Shown: positions 28,634-43,452, numbered from the stretch's first letter. The stretch: 64,000 bases of DNA from Octopus vulgaris (GCA_951406725.2 OX597815.1:14384001-14448000); one strand, 5' to 3'. The notes: generated by a model not told the origin, from the sequence alone. Numbers and translations: made by a program.

Positions 28634-30034
28634 CAGGACATTTAAGTAAATATATAACTATATATTGGTGACTTCTTGAATTTAAAAACAACAAGACTGT
28701 AAATCATGAAATAATGTTCAAGAGTCTAATATTTCTTGAACAGAATTGTTGTTAGTTGGAATTTTTGCCGTAAGCTGCTTCTGAAGCAATACGTTTGTAT
28801 TGGGAAGTTTGCCTACAGCGAAACGTCAAACTTACAATAATTCTGTTTCTATACGTTAAGGCTTTCATATATCAAGGCACGGAAGACCATGAACCTGCGC
28901 CTAAATAGTTCCTCTCAAAGTAGAAAGCGAGGTCAAAGTTCTCATGAAAGAACAGCAGTTTTCATAAGAGACCAGAAGTGTCTTTTTCAAACCATCAATG
29001 ATGGACAAGGGAGAGGAAAAATGGCAAGGGCCGAAAGACTAAAGGAAAATTTCTTCTGCTGTAGCTTTATTTTATTGACTTTGGAAGCATGAAATGCCAA
29101 GTGTGTTTGCGTGGGATTTGAATGCAGAACGAAGAGAAGCGGAAAATCTGCCACAAGGCATTTTGAGCGACGCTCAAACGATTCTGCCAACCTCCTGCAT
29201 GCGAATGTGCGTGCGTGCGTACGTATGCGTGTGTTGTGCGCGTGTGCGTACGCATGAGTACGCGTGCGTGCGTGTACGTACGTTTGTCTTTATATATCCA
29301 CGAACACAAATATGAACAAGTGAATATGGGCGTGCACGCACTTACGTACATGCAACAATGTTGCACCTACATGTACTTATTCCTTTCGTACACCGTTTGC
29401 ATTTAACGCATACACGTATTCTCATACGAACATATACGCACACGCATGCAACTTTATAAGTTTACATGCAAACACACGAATGCATTCAAGCTGCATTTAA
29501 CTGTACTAACAAATGCACATTTATCCATTTCCATTAAAAATCGCCTTTGGAAACAGCGTATTTATGAAAAACATAAAAACGCATGTCAAGAATACAAATA
29601 AAAAAACATTAAAAAAGAAAGCGTAGTCATTTTTCATAGGAGAAGGAAATGGAGGTTGAGGTTGTAAGAAGAAGGATAAAACGAAAGAGAGAAGAATGAA
29701 CAGGAAGTAGAATTGAGCGGGTAAAAGAGAACGGCGAAAGAGAAGGAAGTATACACAAGTATCATGGATGCTGGGCATGAGCTGAGATGTAGTCGGAAAG
29801 AGGAGTGCAGAGATAACGGTTCGTACGGTAAAGCACCGTTGTAGCTTGTCCACGTTGTATTACATTAAAGGACAACAATATTAACCTCTTAGCAGAACTT
29901 TAATGCCGGCTTATTAGCCCTGATAGAAGCAAGTTATGTAAATTCAGTAAAAACATTAAGAGTCGATCAATACTAATGTTATGCAAGCAGCTCGGCTGCA
30001 GCTCTCGAATAATGACACATTTCTCAGCTAATAG

Positions 30035-30540
30035 TCTTTTTACTCGTTTACTTGTTTCAGTCATTTGACTGCGGCCATGCTGGAGCACCACCCTTAGTCG
30101 AGCAAGGACTTATTCTTTTTAAGCCCAGTACTTATTCTATCGGTCTCTTATACTGAACCGCTAAGTTACAGGGACGTAAACACACCAGCATCGGTTGTCA
30201 AGCGATGTTGGGGACAAATACAGACGCACAAATACACACACACATACACACACACACACGATTTGCTCGACTAAAGGTGGTGCTCCAGCATGGCCACACA
30301 CGCACATATATATACATATATATGTGTATGTGTGTGTGTGTGTATGTTTGTGTGTCTGTGTTTGTCTCCCAACATCGCTTGACAACCGATGCTGGTGTGC
30401 TTACGTCCCCGTCTACCAAATCCACCCACAAGGCTTTGGTCGGCCTGAGGCTATAGTAGAAGGTGTCACGCAGTGGAACTGAACACGGAACAATGTGGTT
30501 GGTAAGCAAGCTACTTACTACACAGCCACTCCTACGCCTA
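30035..30540 (-). mobile_element. CORE-like SINE (family B), internally rearranged
   Basis: Minus-strand tail and head with plus-strand segments at about 30260-30296 and 30330-30412. Confidence 0.85.
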
Positions 30541-30808
30541 TAAAATAAATGATAAAATAAAAATAATGATTCCCTCCACCATTGGCACAGAACCTGAAAT
30601 TTTGTGGAATGGTTGCAGTCGATAACGGCGACCCTAGTGGCCAACTGTTACTTATTTTATCGATCCTAAGCGGATGAACGGTAAAGTCGACCTCGATAAG
30701 ATTTGAGCTTAGCACGTAAAGGACTGGAAGAAATGCCGCTGAACATGTTGTCCAACGCGCTTACCTTTCTGCCTCCTCGCCGTCCTAACCATAATGATGA
30801 TGTTGCTG

Positions 30809-30893
<85 letters not shown>

Positions 30894-30937
30894 TAGCAGT
30901 AGTAGTAGTAGTAGTAGTAGTGGCGGCGGTGGTGGTG

Positions 30938-30986
<49 letters not shown>

Positions 30987-31694
30987 AAACCGATAGAATA
31001 AGTTCCAAGTTAAGGAAAACCCGGGATCTATTCGATCAAGGCGATGTCCTTGCATCACCACAGTCCTATGATTAAAACAAGTAATAAATAAAAAAAAAGA
31101 GAAAACGAATGAAAAGCAGCGCCAGTGATTAATTTTGTTTTCTTTTTCTTTTTTTTTTCTGTGAATCGTGGAGGAATTTGTCGTCAGATCAGAAACCTGA
31201 CCCGAATTCCTTGGAAAAGGAGAAAGTGTTGGCGTTAAAGAACTAGACACACAAAAGTGAGGTGACAGTGTTAACCTATCACAGGAACACAGAAAGCAAA
31301 GAACTGGAAGAAATAGCTCAAGGTGTTTCTAACGTCTGATACCTTCAAATATTCCGTCAATCCGCCGCTCTGAGGTAGTAATTCATTTTACTAATCCTGA
31401 AAGGCAACATCGACTTCTGCAAGATTTGAACGCAGAAGGCTGGCTGGAACATTTTCCTCTATACTCTAACGAGCTGCATCAGCTGCACCAGACAAAACTA
31501 AGGCAGATATATCCTGACTGCACACAGTAATGTACAGAAGAAATGTATGTCTAAAGCAAATAGTAAAACAAAATTATTTAAAAATTTTTAAATAATTAAG
31601 ATAGACAAAATTATTTCCAGACGAGACAACATATTGTCTAAACACGATGTAACCATGTACGGATGACGTAAAGAAAATTGATGATCTCATACGC

Positions 31695-31914
31695 TTTTAC
31701 TCTTTTACTTGTTTCAGTCATTTGACTGCGGCCATGCTGGACACCACCTTTAGTCGAGCAAAGCGACCCCCAGGATTTATTCTTTGTAAGCCTAGCATTT
31801 ATTCTATCGGTGTCTTTTGCCGAACCGCTACGTTACGGGGATGTAAACACTCCAAGCATTGGTTGTCAAGCGATGTGGCGGTGGCAAACAGACACAAACA
31901 TATACATACACACA

Positions 31915-31997
<83 letters not shown>

Positions 31998-32201
31998 TAT
32001 ATATATACATATATATGCATCAAATGAAATAAAAACAGAACACAAAGGATGTCAAGTACCGCGACATCCTTTGTGTTTTTATTTCTGTTTTTTTATTTCA
32101 TTTGATACATATATCCTCTCACCTCTGCTACTAGCTGGAATATACATGTGCTTACACTTATCAAGTATTTACCCTGAATTTATTCTACCATACACACACA
32201 C

Positions 32202-32232
<31 letters not shown>

Positions 32233-32412
32233 CATATATGCGACGGGCTTCTTTCAGTTTCCGTCTACCAAATCCACTCACAAGGCTTTGGTCGGCCCGA
32301 GGCTATAGTAGTAGACACTTGCCCAAGGTGCCACGCAGTGGGACTGAATCCGGAACCATGTGGTTGGTAAGCGGTAAGCAAGCTACTTACTACACAGCTA
32401 CTCCTGCGCCTA
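31695..32412 (-). mobile_element. CORE-like SINE (family B) with nested fold-back insert
   Basis: GGCACCTTGGGCAAGTGTC core and GTCCAGCATGGCCGCAG tail on the minus strand; insert in the internal microsatellite. Confidence 0.88.
32012..32114. repeat. Fold-back inverted repeat
   Basis: ATCAAATGAAATAAAAACAGAA-CACAAAGGATGTC / GACATCCTTTGTG..TTCTGTTTTT..TATTTCATTTGAT with a 9-nt loop. Confidence 0.85.
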
Positions 32413-32740
32413 TATTTATAATCATTATACTAACAGGAAATGTATATGATTTTGCGGAAAGTGTGTACGATTTTCTAAAATGTTCATATCTACAATAGTA
32501 TAGCCACCTTCACAGGTAGAACATAATAATTAATACATAAGAATTTTATAGAATCTGAACAAGCGTACACGATTTGTTAAGGGTTTCTTAAACGCTTATT
32601 TAATGAGGTTATTTGTAAGCTGGTTTGGAATTATCATTCAACTGAAAATGTCTCCTTTATGCCAAAGAGAAGGTCAGGTGAACAAACTTCATTAATAAGG
32701 AATTTATAATACAGTATGTACCGCTTAGAAATGTGGATGG

Positions 32741-32799
<59 letters not shown>

Positions 32800-32892
32800 T
32801 AATCCAAACAAGAAAACAAAAAGACAACAACGCGAGGACGTGGAACAAATAAAGTATTATTGGGCGCTCAGGAAAAAAAGGGAAGAAGGAGG

Positions 32893-32927
32893 GTATGACG
32901 TTTCGAGCGGAGCTCTTCGTCGGAAAC
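32893..32927 (-). ncRNA. Minimal hammerhead-like motif (family P) in a terminus at about 32797-33000
   Basis: Minus strand GTTT-CCGACGA-A-GAGC-TCC-GCTC-GAAA-CG-TC-ATAC (GUC site, U4 is C). Confidence 0.6.
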
Positions 32928-33793
32928 ATAGGAGAAAGAAAGATCCCGAGGTGGGAGGACAGAGGGGAAAAAAATGCAAGTGGTCTTCACGAGGTCAACA
33001 TATATATATATATATATATATATTCACTTATGTAGATTTACTTGTAGGTATATGTATAATTGATATGTCAGCATCTTAAACGAATCAATTGGTGTGTGGT
33101 ATTATCAAGGTGTTATTGTGATTTAATGCATGTTTGATTTTATTAATATTTGGCTGCCATTTAGTGTATATCTCTCAGGATATCAATCACGCTTTTACGG
33201 TTTTCAGGATGTTGCCTCCTTGTTATCAAACTCTGCTTAGTTTTTCATTCACAAGGAAAGAAGAGAGTGTTTTCTATAAGAATTTGCAATGAGATTCTCT
33301 TGATTACCGTATACATTGCCGCATATTTAGTTCTAAAATATATACAACATCATTAGGTTTCTTATTTAATTTTTGTTAAAAAATTGTTAGTAATTCTGAG
33401 GAACCGATTACAAATATTATATGAAAAACATAAATAAAGATGAATTTTAGCAAGATTTTTTTTTAAAAGCTTTTCTATCAAATTGCTTCGTTTTGTGCTG
33501 CCATTCACAAAGTTTGTTGAAGACAAAAAAAAAATACCACCAGAATCGATTAATTCCATTTTATGTGCAAACATTGGCGTGTTTTATTATTTCAATTTAT
33601 TGATTCTGTATCCATTTTGGTGTCAACAACTGGTGCTGTCATGTAATAATGTTCAGGGAGGTTCACATCTAGTCATACGCATACACACGTGAACACATCC
33701 GCAAATACACACGCGCACACGCACATACACACACACGTATATGTATGTATGTATGTATGTATGCATATATATATATATGTATGTATGTATGTT

Positions 33794-33832
<39 letters not shown>

Positions 33833-33940
33833 ATATATATATATATGTATGTATATATATATATATGTATGTATGTATATGTATGTATGTATGTATAGAT
33901 ATATATATATGTATGCATGTATATGTATATGTATATATGA

Positions 33941-34018
<78 letters not shown>

Positions 34019-34029
34019 ACTTGTAGGTA

Positions 34030-36470
34030 CATAAATGTATATTTAGTTATTTTAAGCGGAGAGCTTCAACTGCCATATTTTTCTAAGTCTGCGGTATATC
34101 AGATCATTCTATTGTTGTTCGAAGCACCTTCGTATATATTATTATTGATGCCAAGTTATTTGCATCTTTCTTTTTGTGTGAAACAGGAAAAAATAGAAAC
34201 ATTGTTGATACACAGGATCTGGGTTTAGGAGACTGGTTTTTCCACGTTCAACAATCAAACAGAAACACTTCTTTTGGCCAAATTCCATTCATCTGTCAGA
34301 TGAAAATGTTAAACAGGAAAATGTTTTTCGGTATTGCAAATACTTTCAGTATATATTTTCAGGTCCTCCGTAAAGGAATTATGGATATTGGTATCTCTTG
34401 TAACTGCAAACTCTAGCATATAGCCATTGGACTTTTAAAGCAGAAACGGTAACGGATTTATTGCCAAAACAAACAGCGCAGAAAAACTATCTCTCCTTGG
34501 AATATTCCATTTGAAATACTTATAGCATTGGAGATGACTGTTCCGCTCTCAACCGTAAACGTGGGATTGTTTTCTAGTTTTTTAGGGTTTTTTTCTGTTT
34601 TGTGAGCCTCTCAATCGCAGCGACTAACGTATCAGCTATTATGGAGTAATGAATAGAGTTGAGTCTTTCTTTATATTCAAGCCTATAAACACAAGGTCTC
34701 TGCAGTGTTTTCTTACTTCGGGTTACATTGCTTTGTTTATCAAAAGTTATTCGGCACACCTCAACGCTTCCTTTTTCCCACCTGCCTGCTCATTAGTCTC
34801 CGTTTTTAGACTAATAATAGTCCTGGGGAGAATTGGTTAAAACTTTAGACATAATGTTTAGGCAAGCAATGAGCAAATATTAGTCTGCCATTTGGTGGTC
34901 TCGCACTTGGCTTCAGCTTTTCTCCGTGTTATAGCTAGGCAACTTAGTACGTCAAGCTAGCATTCCAAACTTCATTTTAATATACATATTAATGACTTTC
35001 TGTAGATGGTCAGTATCCAACAATAAGTCTTCTTCCGGGTATCTCCCCATTATGTAGCTTGCCTATAGCTAGAGTGAAATTTTCGGGGCCGATAGTCCGT
35101 TTTACTGTCGATATTGGTATTGGATGTTTTGTAACTCTGTTTAACCCCAATGCATTCTGCTTGATGAAACTACTCTTTTCGTTTCAGGATTTTGATCAGA
35201 ATGACTCAAGATCTTCTTAAGAAAGGGCTTTCTTAGAGTTCATATCTGCCTTCCTCATCTCCCAATATAATGTCTGTGGATTGGCAGCAAACTTGTGAGT
35301 TATACTGGCTCGTTCGATACCTTTTCTACAAAAAGGAAGTTTTCCTTCAGCGTGCTCTTTTGTAATTTGTTTGGTGAGAAGAATCACCATAGAGTTTTGA
35401 TGCTTTTTGCTTTAGATGTAATTGGCAAGGTATGAACTCATTACTCCTCTTACATTTTTTTGCTGTGGTCATCCAACAAAAATGGCAGCGCGGACTTTTG
35501 ATGTTCCTTCAAGTTTTATTTTACTTCTGTGTTGCTTCTGATTCGTAATTTTGTAATCATGTGCACTTCAGGTTTCTCCTAAGTGTTCTTCAATAGTAAT
35601 AACAGCTGTATATAGGAAGGTATAAACTATTCAGTACTAAATATATGATTCCGTGTATTCCTCATCAACATCATCGATAGCTTTTTCCCATAAGAACAGC
35701 TGGTTTTTTCTTTATTCTTGCTTAAAAGGCCCGTTGCTCAACAACAACTTATAAATATTGGAGAAATGGTTTATGAACTGTAGTTTCAAAATGTTCTAAA
35801 GTTGAATACATTCCATTGTCATTCCTCTCAAGTCGGTTACACGTGAAGATATGCGAGAGTTTACTTATTGCGGCAGCATATTGTTTATATAATTATTTGG
35901 CTCTCTTATGGCAGGCTGTGGCTGGTTCTCAGTTTTTTTGAAAACATAAATTAGCTCCACGAAAGTTTGAGATAACAATTACAATCTGTGAAAGTCATTT
36001 TTCCTTACAAAGAAAGATGCTTGCTGCAGAAGCTGTCAACATTGTCCCAGTTTATATCAACATTGTTTCAATACATCTTTAGTCACTATATTTAATCGAT
36101 TGAAGTGTCGGGCCATCTCACATTTTTCATAGCATTGAAGTAGACCTTGAAACATAAAAACCAGCGTAGTTGCATCGTCTGAAACATCTTACAAGATTCG
36201 TTGTACTATTTGTGTTGTTATCAGTGTTGGTTTCGTCTTATCAATATCAGTTATGATCTTACAAGCGACATTCCACGTACTGTAGGTTATACTTTGTAAT
36301 CCGGTCCTAATTACGCTAGTTGGTAATTAAATTCTCTAATTTATAACAGAAGAAATAAACCAGCTGCTGATTTGAAATAGAGGAGTCGGCTTAATTTTAA
36401 ACGAAAAGGTTCAAAAAGGCGCTTTTAAACGGTCCTCTGCGTCAGCAAGTCTGACGTTAACGACGCCGTT
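34030..36470 (-). mobile_element. Decayed R4/Dong-like non-LTR retrotransposon (RT region)
   Basis: Minus-strand remnants PGRRLIVGY, NEQAGGKK..LLINK, GIFQG-(frameshift)-DSFSALFVLAINP, RLRKIW; many stops. The 5' boundary is approximate. Confidence 0.7.
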
Positions 36471-36802
36471 CTTTATGTATGTATGTAGTTGTGTATATAT
36501 GTATGTACATATATATGCATGTATGTATCTTTTTTTGTATGTATGTACCTAATTATGTATACGTGAATCATCAACAAGGAAGGAGAGTGGGAATTAAAAC
36601 TAAATCAAAGTAAAAAAATAAGCAACAAATTTAATCCAAATTACTCACGTAATACCCAATAAACACTTAGTTACAATTAGCAACTGATATTAACAGACAC
36701 AGTGAAATAGATTAACGGTGGCCGGGTCGGAGGATTACGGAGAAATACTTTGATATCTAATCATAATAATTTCCTTACAAAACAACATAGCAAAAAAGGG
36801 AA

Positions 36803-36835
<33 letters not shown>

Positions 36836-36850
36836 ATGTATGTATGTATG

Positions 36851-36953
<103 letters not shown>

Positions 36954-37237
36954 GTGTATGTATGTGTAGATGAATGTACAGTTTTTTTTATGGCCACATT
37001 GATTCTAACACGATGTAATTTTTGGGCCCTAAATGAAACCTCAAATCAACTCATTTGTAACACAAATTCAAATAAACTGTATATGTCTGCGTGCAAGACT
37101 TGTGTATATCTATGTATGTGTATATGAATATATATATATATATATATGTTTGTGTGTCTGTGTGTGTATGTATGTGTGTGTCTGTGTGTGTGTGTGTATG
37201 TATATATATACAGAGAGAGAGAGTGATAGATAGATAT

Positions 37238-37293
<56 letters not shown>

Positions 37294-37697
37294 ATTGATA
37301 CGTGTATATATTTATATGTATGTATGTATATATATATACATATATATACGCACATTCACACATACTTACGCATATGTATGCGCGCGAGTGTGTATGTGTA
37401 TGGACGATTTCGAGGCAAATAGACAAAATGCAACATAAATCAGCCAAACATATACTAAGAAAAAGTGAAAGGCATGAAGATACACATACACATAAGAGAA
37501 AGAGTGGGGAGGAGAGACAGACAGATAGATAGACAGAAAGAGATAATGAGGAAGGTGAAGAAATTAGAAAGAAGGAAGAGGGGAGAAGGAGAGCTAACGG
37601 ACAAATTGTACAACAATGTAGGAAAATGGAAAGAAAAATATGTTGAAGAACAGAAGCAAGTTCTTTGACCTCTATTTTGATGAACTCAGTTATGACA

Positions 37698-38136
37698 CTG
37701 TGGTGAAGAAGATTACTGCGCCACATTGTGGTTTCTGCTTCGATACCATGGCGCAGTATGTTAACCAGACTGGTTCTACCATAGCTTCTGGTTGACAAAC
37801 GTTTCTTAATGAAATTTGGTAACAGAAAACCATTGGAAAACTGCTCTTGCTCCTGAATGATAGTTGTAATCTGTCGCCCAGATTTACAATACCATTTGGT
37901 CCTCTGAATCAAGCATTCGGTGGGTCAGCATGTCTTTCATCTGACCGTTATCTTAAGTCGTTTACAACAAAATAAAAAACGTTTAGGCTCTGGTTATAAG
38001 ACTGTAGCCTTTTCTCTTGACAAGTGTTTCTAATGCAAGACGAAAAGTAAATATAAATCGCAACTACAATATCCTTCTCTATAATTTCTCTCCCTCCCCT
38101 CTCTCCAACTCGTTATAGATAGATGGATAGATAGAC

Positions 38137-38195
<59 letters not shown>

Positions 38196-38204
38196 CAGAT
38201 AGAC

Positions 38205-38243
<39 letters not shown>

Positions 38244-38252
38244 CAGATAGAC

Positions 38253-38331
<79 letters not shown>

Positions 38332-38541
38332 CATAAATCTATCCTCTCTACCCAACGATTTGAATTTTATGCTAATGTCTGCACTATGTAAAATACATTA
38401 CTGATGTACTTTGCTTATGGCTCTGTAGTGAAGAAGTTTACTGCGCCACATTGTGGTTTCTGCTTCAATACCATAGCGCAGTATGTTAACCAGACTGGTT
38501 CTACCATAGCTTCTGGTTGACAAACTTTTCTTAATGAAATT
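37698..38541 (+). repeat. Local duplication of about 120 bp (37698-37816 and 38423-38541)
   Basis: Near-identical segments, apparently a highly diverged family B SINE head. Confidence 0.8.
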
Positions 38542-38542
38542 A

Positions 38543-38597
<55 letters not shown>

Positions 38598-39641
38598 CTA
38601 GCAGTATAGCCTGGCGTTGCTCGAGTTTGTTTTTTAGTTGCGCTTAAAACGGCAGACTTTGATGTCGCATTAATAATGTTTTGACATAGTTTCAATCTAT
38701 GAATAAATGTATAGTGTGGCGAAGCTCGAGTTTGCTCTGAATGTGTTGCAAATGTGTAATGCCGACTCCAATTGTTGGTTAATATTCCTTCTATTAACAT
38801 TATGGAGAAAACAATTACCCGTAGATTTAAAGCAAAATGAAGCTCAAGTTGTGAACTGCACTGAAAATCTATTAAGAAGTTAACACTGCAACAGTATTCA
38901 TTAAGAAAAAGTACACAGCAGTCAAAAAATTGTAAAAAAATAGGGATTTTCATAGAAAAAAAAGCACCTTTTTGATGTAAATAATTTTTGGTGTTAACAT
39001 GGTCCGATTTGAATTTTTCCTTCTACGGAATGAAGAGCAAGCCTTTTTCTATTATACTCTCTATTTTGGTCAGGAAAAATACTTACAAAGTATAATGCTC
39101 ACAGCAGCTATAATGTGTTGCGGCATACAAAGGCAGTACAGTTCAAATGACTAAGCAAAATGTTCTGTCTTACGCTAATGCAATTAGTTTTTCTCACAAA
39201 CAATCGATTGAAATTGCTGAATTGTACTCAACGCTGTAGCAGTTGACGACCTTGAAAATTAGTGCATTCACGCAGCGAATATTAGGGAACAGAATCTTCC
39301 TCCCGTCGATTCAAGCAACGCTCATCTGTGGACATCACAGCCGCAACAATCGAACTCTCCATACAAAGGTGGTTTTCCATGAGAAAAATTATTAACATTA
39401 GACATCTCCCTTGCACCTTATTGAAGCTCAAGTTTCGAACTGCTCTGATTTTTTATGTAAATAATTTTTGGTGTTAACATGGTCCGATTTGAATTTTTTT
39501 TCTACGGAAGGAAGCGTAAGCCTTCTTCTATCGATCTCTCAATTTTGGTCAACTTGCGCCGCAGGGTCTCAGAGGAGATAGTGTTAGTTGAAGGCTACCA
39601 AACCTGCCAAACACAGACAACTTCAGCTTTATATATATAGT
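38598..39641 (-). mobile_element. Non-autonomous Helitron (family H1, longer copy)
   Basis: Minus strand CTATATATATAAAGCTGAAG 5' end; CTCGAGCAACGCCAGG hairpin and CTAG|T 3' end; internal duplication near 38975-39073 and 39455-39551. Confidence 0.85.
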
Positions 39642-40039
39642 ATTTGTCCCAAACTTTGGCATCGAGAGTAACACAAATGCTAGAACTGGGCGCCACTGCA
39701 TAGTGCCAAGGACTCCAAATTTGCCATCAAGATGTAGGACAAGATACTGTGATAGCCTGGGCTTCAGAGGCCCACAGCTCTTCAATATACTCCCGAAGAA
39801 CATGAGAGACCTGCAAGGGGAGGGTGCAGATGTCTTTAAAATAAAACTGGATCTCTTCCTGTCAGGTGTCCCAGATGAACCAACTTCACGGCAGGAGGTG
39901 CAGATGAGGGCAGCTGCATCGAACTCTCTCATGCACCAAATGGCAGTTGCTAAAAAGCATTCGTGACGTAAAATCATGTAGCAACACCAAATGGCGGTGC
40001 CCCAGCATGGCCACAGCTCGTGAGCTGAAACTAGATAAA

Positions 40040-40040
<1 letters not shown>
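39642..40040 (+). mobile_element. CR1/L2-group LINE 3' end
   Basis: ORF end RGPQLFNILP..FKIKLDLFLSGVPDEP followed by 3' tail GGCGGTGCCCCAGCATGGCCACAG..CTGAAAC. Confidence 0.8.
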
Positions 40041-40117
<77 letters not shown>

Positions 40118-40132
40118 GTATATATATGTATA

Positions 40133-41046
40133 CTAGTTGAGGTACCCGGTAATTTCCGGGAAAGCGGGGCTTATCTCTTGCTTCCGTTCTCATAATTCTT
40201 TCGCAAATCCAAAAGCAACAATACAAAGTATGTAGCCCTTAAAACAGTTTTTGTGCATTTACAGAGAATACTCAAATGTCTTACACAGGATCTTGTTTTT
40301 AGATATGCCCTATAAGTTATGAATACCCAAATTGTGAAGTCAGTTATGTAATAACATGAAACTAGTCACCTGAAAGCAAGAATTCAAATAAAGCAACCCC
40401 GAAAAGGGCTTTATTGCTTACCCAGAGTATATAGAACATAGTAGGAAATACGAATAAGGTATGCATATTAAAATCGTGAAGCATGTTACGTAATAACAGG
40501 CTAATCAGATATGAGATAATAACAAATCAAAGGAAATAACTCTGAAAAAGGCTTTTGTACGTTCCCAGAGAATATTACCCCCAGAGACGCTAGTGTTGGT
40601 ATATTCGTGAATAAGTAACTAACCGAAATAAGTGGATCTATTGTTTAGGAAAATACTATTTACTTGTTTAAGGGTTGTACTGGATAAATTGCAAAAATAA
40701 CTCTAACAGTTCAAATACTAAGAAATAAGCATACTAAATTTCCTTTTTACCAAACAATTTAGGAAAATGTATGGGTTATTTCTCTTGCTTATATATAAGG
40801 ATCACTTCCAGATGTGAATGGGTTATTTCCCTTGGTTTTTAAAATAAAATATATTAGATATATATATAAGGATCCCTTCCAGGGGCTCTGTTATCGATTT
40901 TTTTTCAACAATCTGAGTATGCGACGTGGTTTCCAGATTTGAGTTCTACACACGTGTCAAGTTTCATCAAAATCGATAATCGATGTAGAAGTTAGCTAAC
41001 AACTCCACAAACACCCACAGTCAGAATTACCCACGTATTTAGTAGA
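40133..41046 (-). mobile_element. Non-autonomous Helitron (family H2, Lep1-like layout)
   Basis: Minus strand A|TCTACT 5' end; CCCGGAAATTACCGGG hairpin and CTAG|T 3' end; subterminal GTCAAGTTTCATCAAAATC shared with 60056-61213. Confidence 0.75.
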
Positions 41047-42248
41047 TATGCAAACTTGCCACTAGTTCAAATATGCTTTAGACGTATTCGAATACGTCCC
41101 TCTACGTTTCGGCCCCTGTCTAAATAAAGAAATCGTCGTTACAATCATCTGAAATGGAACAGTCAAAGCGCGATATTCGAGCAATTTTGCTATTCAATTT
41201 CGAAACACGTGAAACAGTTGAAACTACTCGCGATATCAGCGAAACGTTTGGTGAGGAAATAACCAGTGAGTGGTCAGCTCGAAAATGGTCAAATGACTTC
41301 GCAGTAGAGACCTGAGCCTTGAAGATCGTAAGAGTAGTGGACACCCATCTGTCATCGATGACGGTCAATTAAAGACCATAATTGAGAAAGATCCACGTAA
41401 AACCACTCGAGAACTGGCAATAGAACTTCAAGTCAGCCAGAAAACTGCCTGCAACCATTTGCTTGCGATCGAAAAGTCAAATAAGCTCCGCAAATTGGTA
41501 CCACACGAGTTGAATGAAAATCAGAAAATGTGCAGATATGAAATTTTCTCGTCGCTTCTTCTCCGTAACCAGACCGATCTATTTCCTGACCATAACTTGT
41601 GATGCAAAGTGGATTTTGTACAATAACAAAAACGTTTTTTCGCAGTGGCTGGATCAAAATGAAGCACCGAAAAACCTTCCCTAAACCCGAGCTCTTCAAA
41701 AAGAAGGTTATGGTGACTGTTTGGTGGTGTATTGTTGGACTCATCCACTGTAACTTCTTAAAACTCGGAAAAACCAATACTGCAGAAACATATTGCCATG
41801 AAATTGCCAAAATGAACGACAGACTGCTACTCCTCCGTCCCAGATTGGTCAACAGAAGAGGGCCAATCATTCTTCATGACAATGCTCGACCACACGTTTC
41901 ACTAATGACGCTCCAGAAGTTGAGGGAACTTGGCTACGAAGTTCTTTCTCACCCAGTTTATTACTTAGACCTTTCTCCTACCGACTACCACTTTTTCAAG
42001 CATCTTCATGGTTTCCTGTGAGAGGAGGAATTCAAAAATCAAACCGATGCTGAAGGTGCATTCAAAGTGTTCATCAGCTCCAGAACTCCAGATTTTTATG
42101 TTACCGGAATAAACAAACTTGTAATTTGCAGGCAAAAATGTCTTGATTGTAATGGTGCTTACTTTGATGAATGAAATTTCCGCATTGATGAAGTATATTG
42201 TGATGAATTTCTTGTTTAAAAACGTTGCTTACTTTTTACTCAGCCTAA
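41047..42248 (+). mobile_element. Mariner (DD34D) transposon, decayed, left TIR missing
   Basis: WVPHEL-like motif, KKVMVTVWW, HDNARPH, DLSPTDYHFF; right end TTACTTTTTACTCAGCCTAA|TA; frameshifts and stops. Confidence 0.9.
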
Positions 42249-42644
42249 TAGATTCTCAGTTCAATGGGCTTTGACAGCTTGTTAAGTCAACGCTGTGTGG
42301 ACACATAGAGTGAATAACTTTTCGAGTCGTTATTGTATTAAATGAGCACCAACTTTCTGCAAAACAGCGTAGTTATATAAGATTTGTTTAAGGAATTTTC
42401 TCGCGTGTCTGGTAGGAAATAGGATTTGAATAAAAGAGATAGAACGGTTCTTCAGTAAAAAAAAAAAATCGGCTTATAATTTTTTTGAAATCATTTGAAT
42501 TAAACAACACCTACATATATTTACATAGATACACGCATACAAAGACAGGCACCAATTCACACACACACACACACACATACACATACACACACACACATAC
42601 ACGCATGCATGCATACAACATATGTACGTGCATGTATGAGTATA

Positions 42645-42743
<99 letters not shown>

Positions 42744-43452
42744 TGTACGTGATTAGTATTCTATTGTATCTAAAAGAGCTGATTACCTAGATTTGTCACA
42801 GACTCATTATAAGGGGATTATGACAAGAACGCTTAATGAATCCTTAAAGCTGTAAGACTCTGAAACAACCTCAAGACAGATTAATCACGAACATCTTTCT
42901 TCATTTCATGATTTATTTTCACGAGGTTGCTCAAAATTGCAGCAACATATTTACTGTAAATAATTGTACGTCTTGGTAACTTCCACAAACCTACAAGTCA
43001 GGTATGATTTGAACTCGGACGAAGAAATCACACAAATATATTTTTAACAGCTTAACTTGTCACACCTTCTTGTGATTAATATTGTCCATCGAAATAGTGA
43101 TGGTTTCATCCTTACTTTAATAAATCCGAAGACGGTTATGTTTCACTGTTGAGTTCTTATACGAATGAAACATTTCGGAAATTGTCTCCCTTATTTGCTA
43201 AAGTGAGTAGTATAATATCACTTATTGACATTAAGTTTCCCCTTCCTCAGTGCATAATTTTTTTTTTTTTTATGATTTTACATATTAACAGTTATTGCCA
43301 AGCTAATATGGCAGTCCATAAATATAAGACTAAAGCTACCGTTGATTAGCTCCAAGAGGCCATCGCCTCTAGCTAGCTATATGACACACAAACCTGTGTC
43401 CATTATAACCTTCGAAGAGGGGAGGTCAGCCGCTTCCCCTTGCTGGTCAGGC

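Noticed and set aside
28775-28835. CTGAAG...GAAACGTC hammerhead-like pattern
   Set aside because: Core broken and no stem II closing at the junction.
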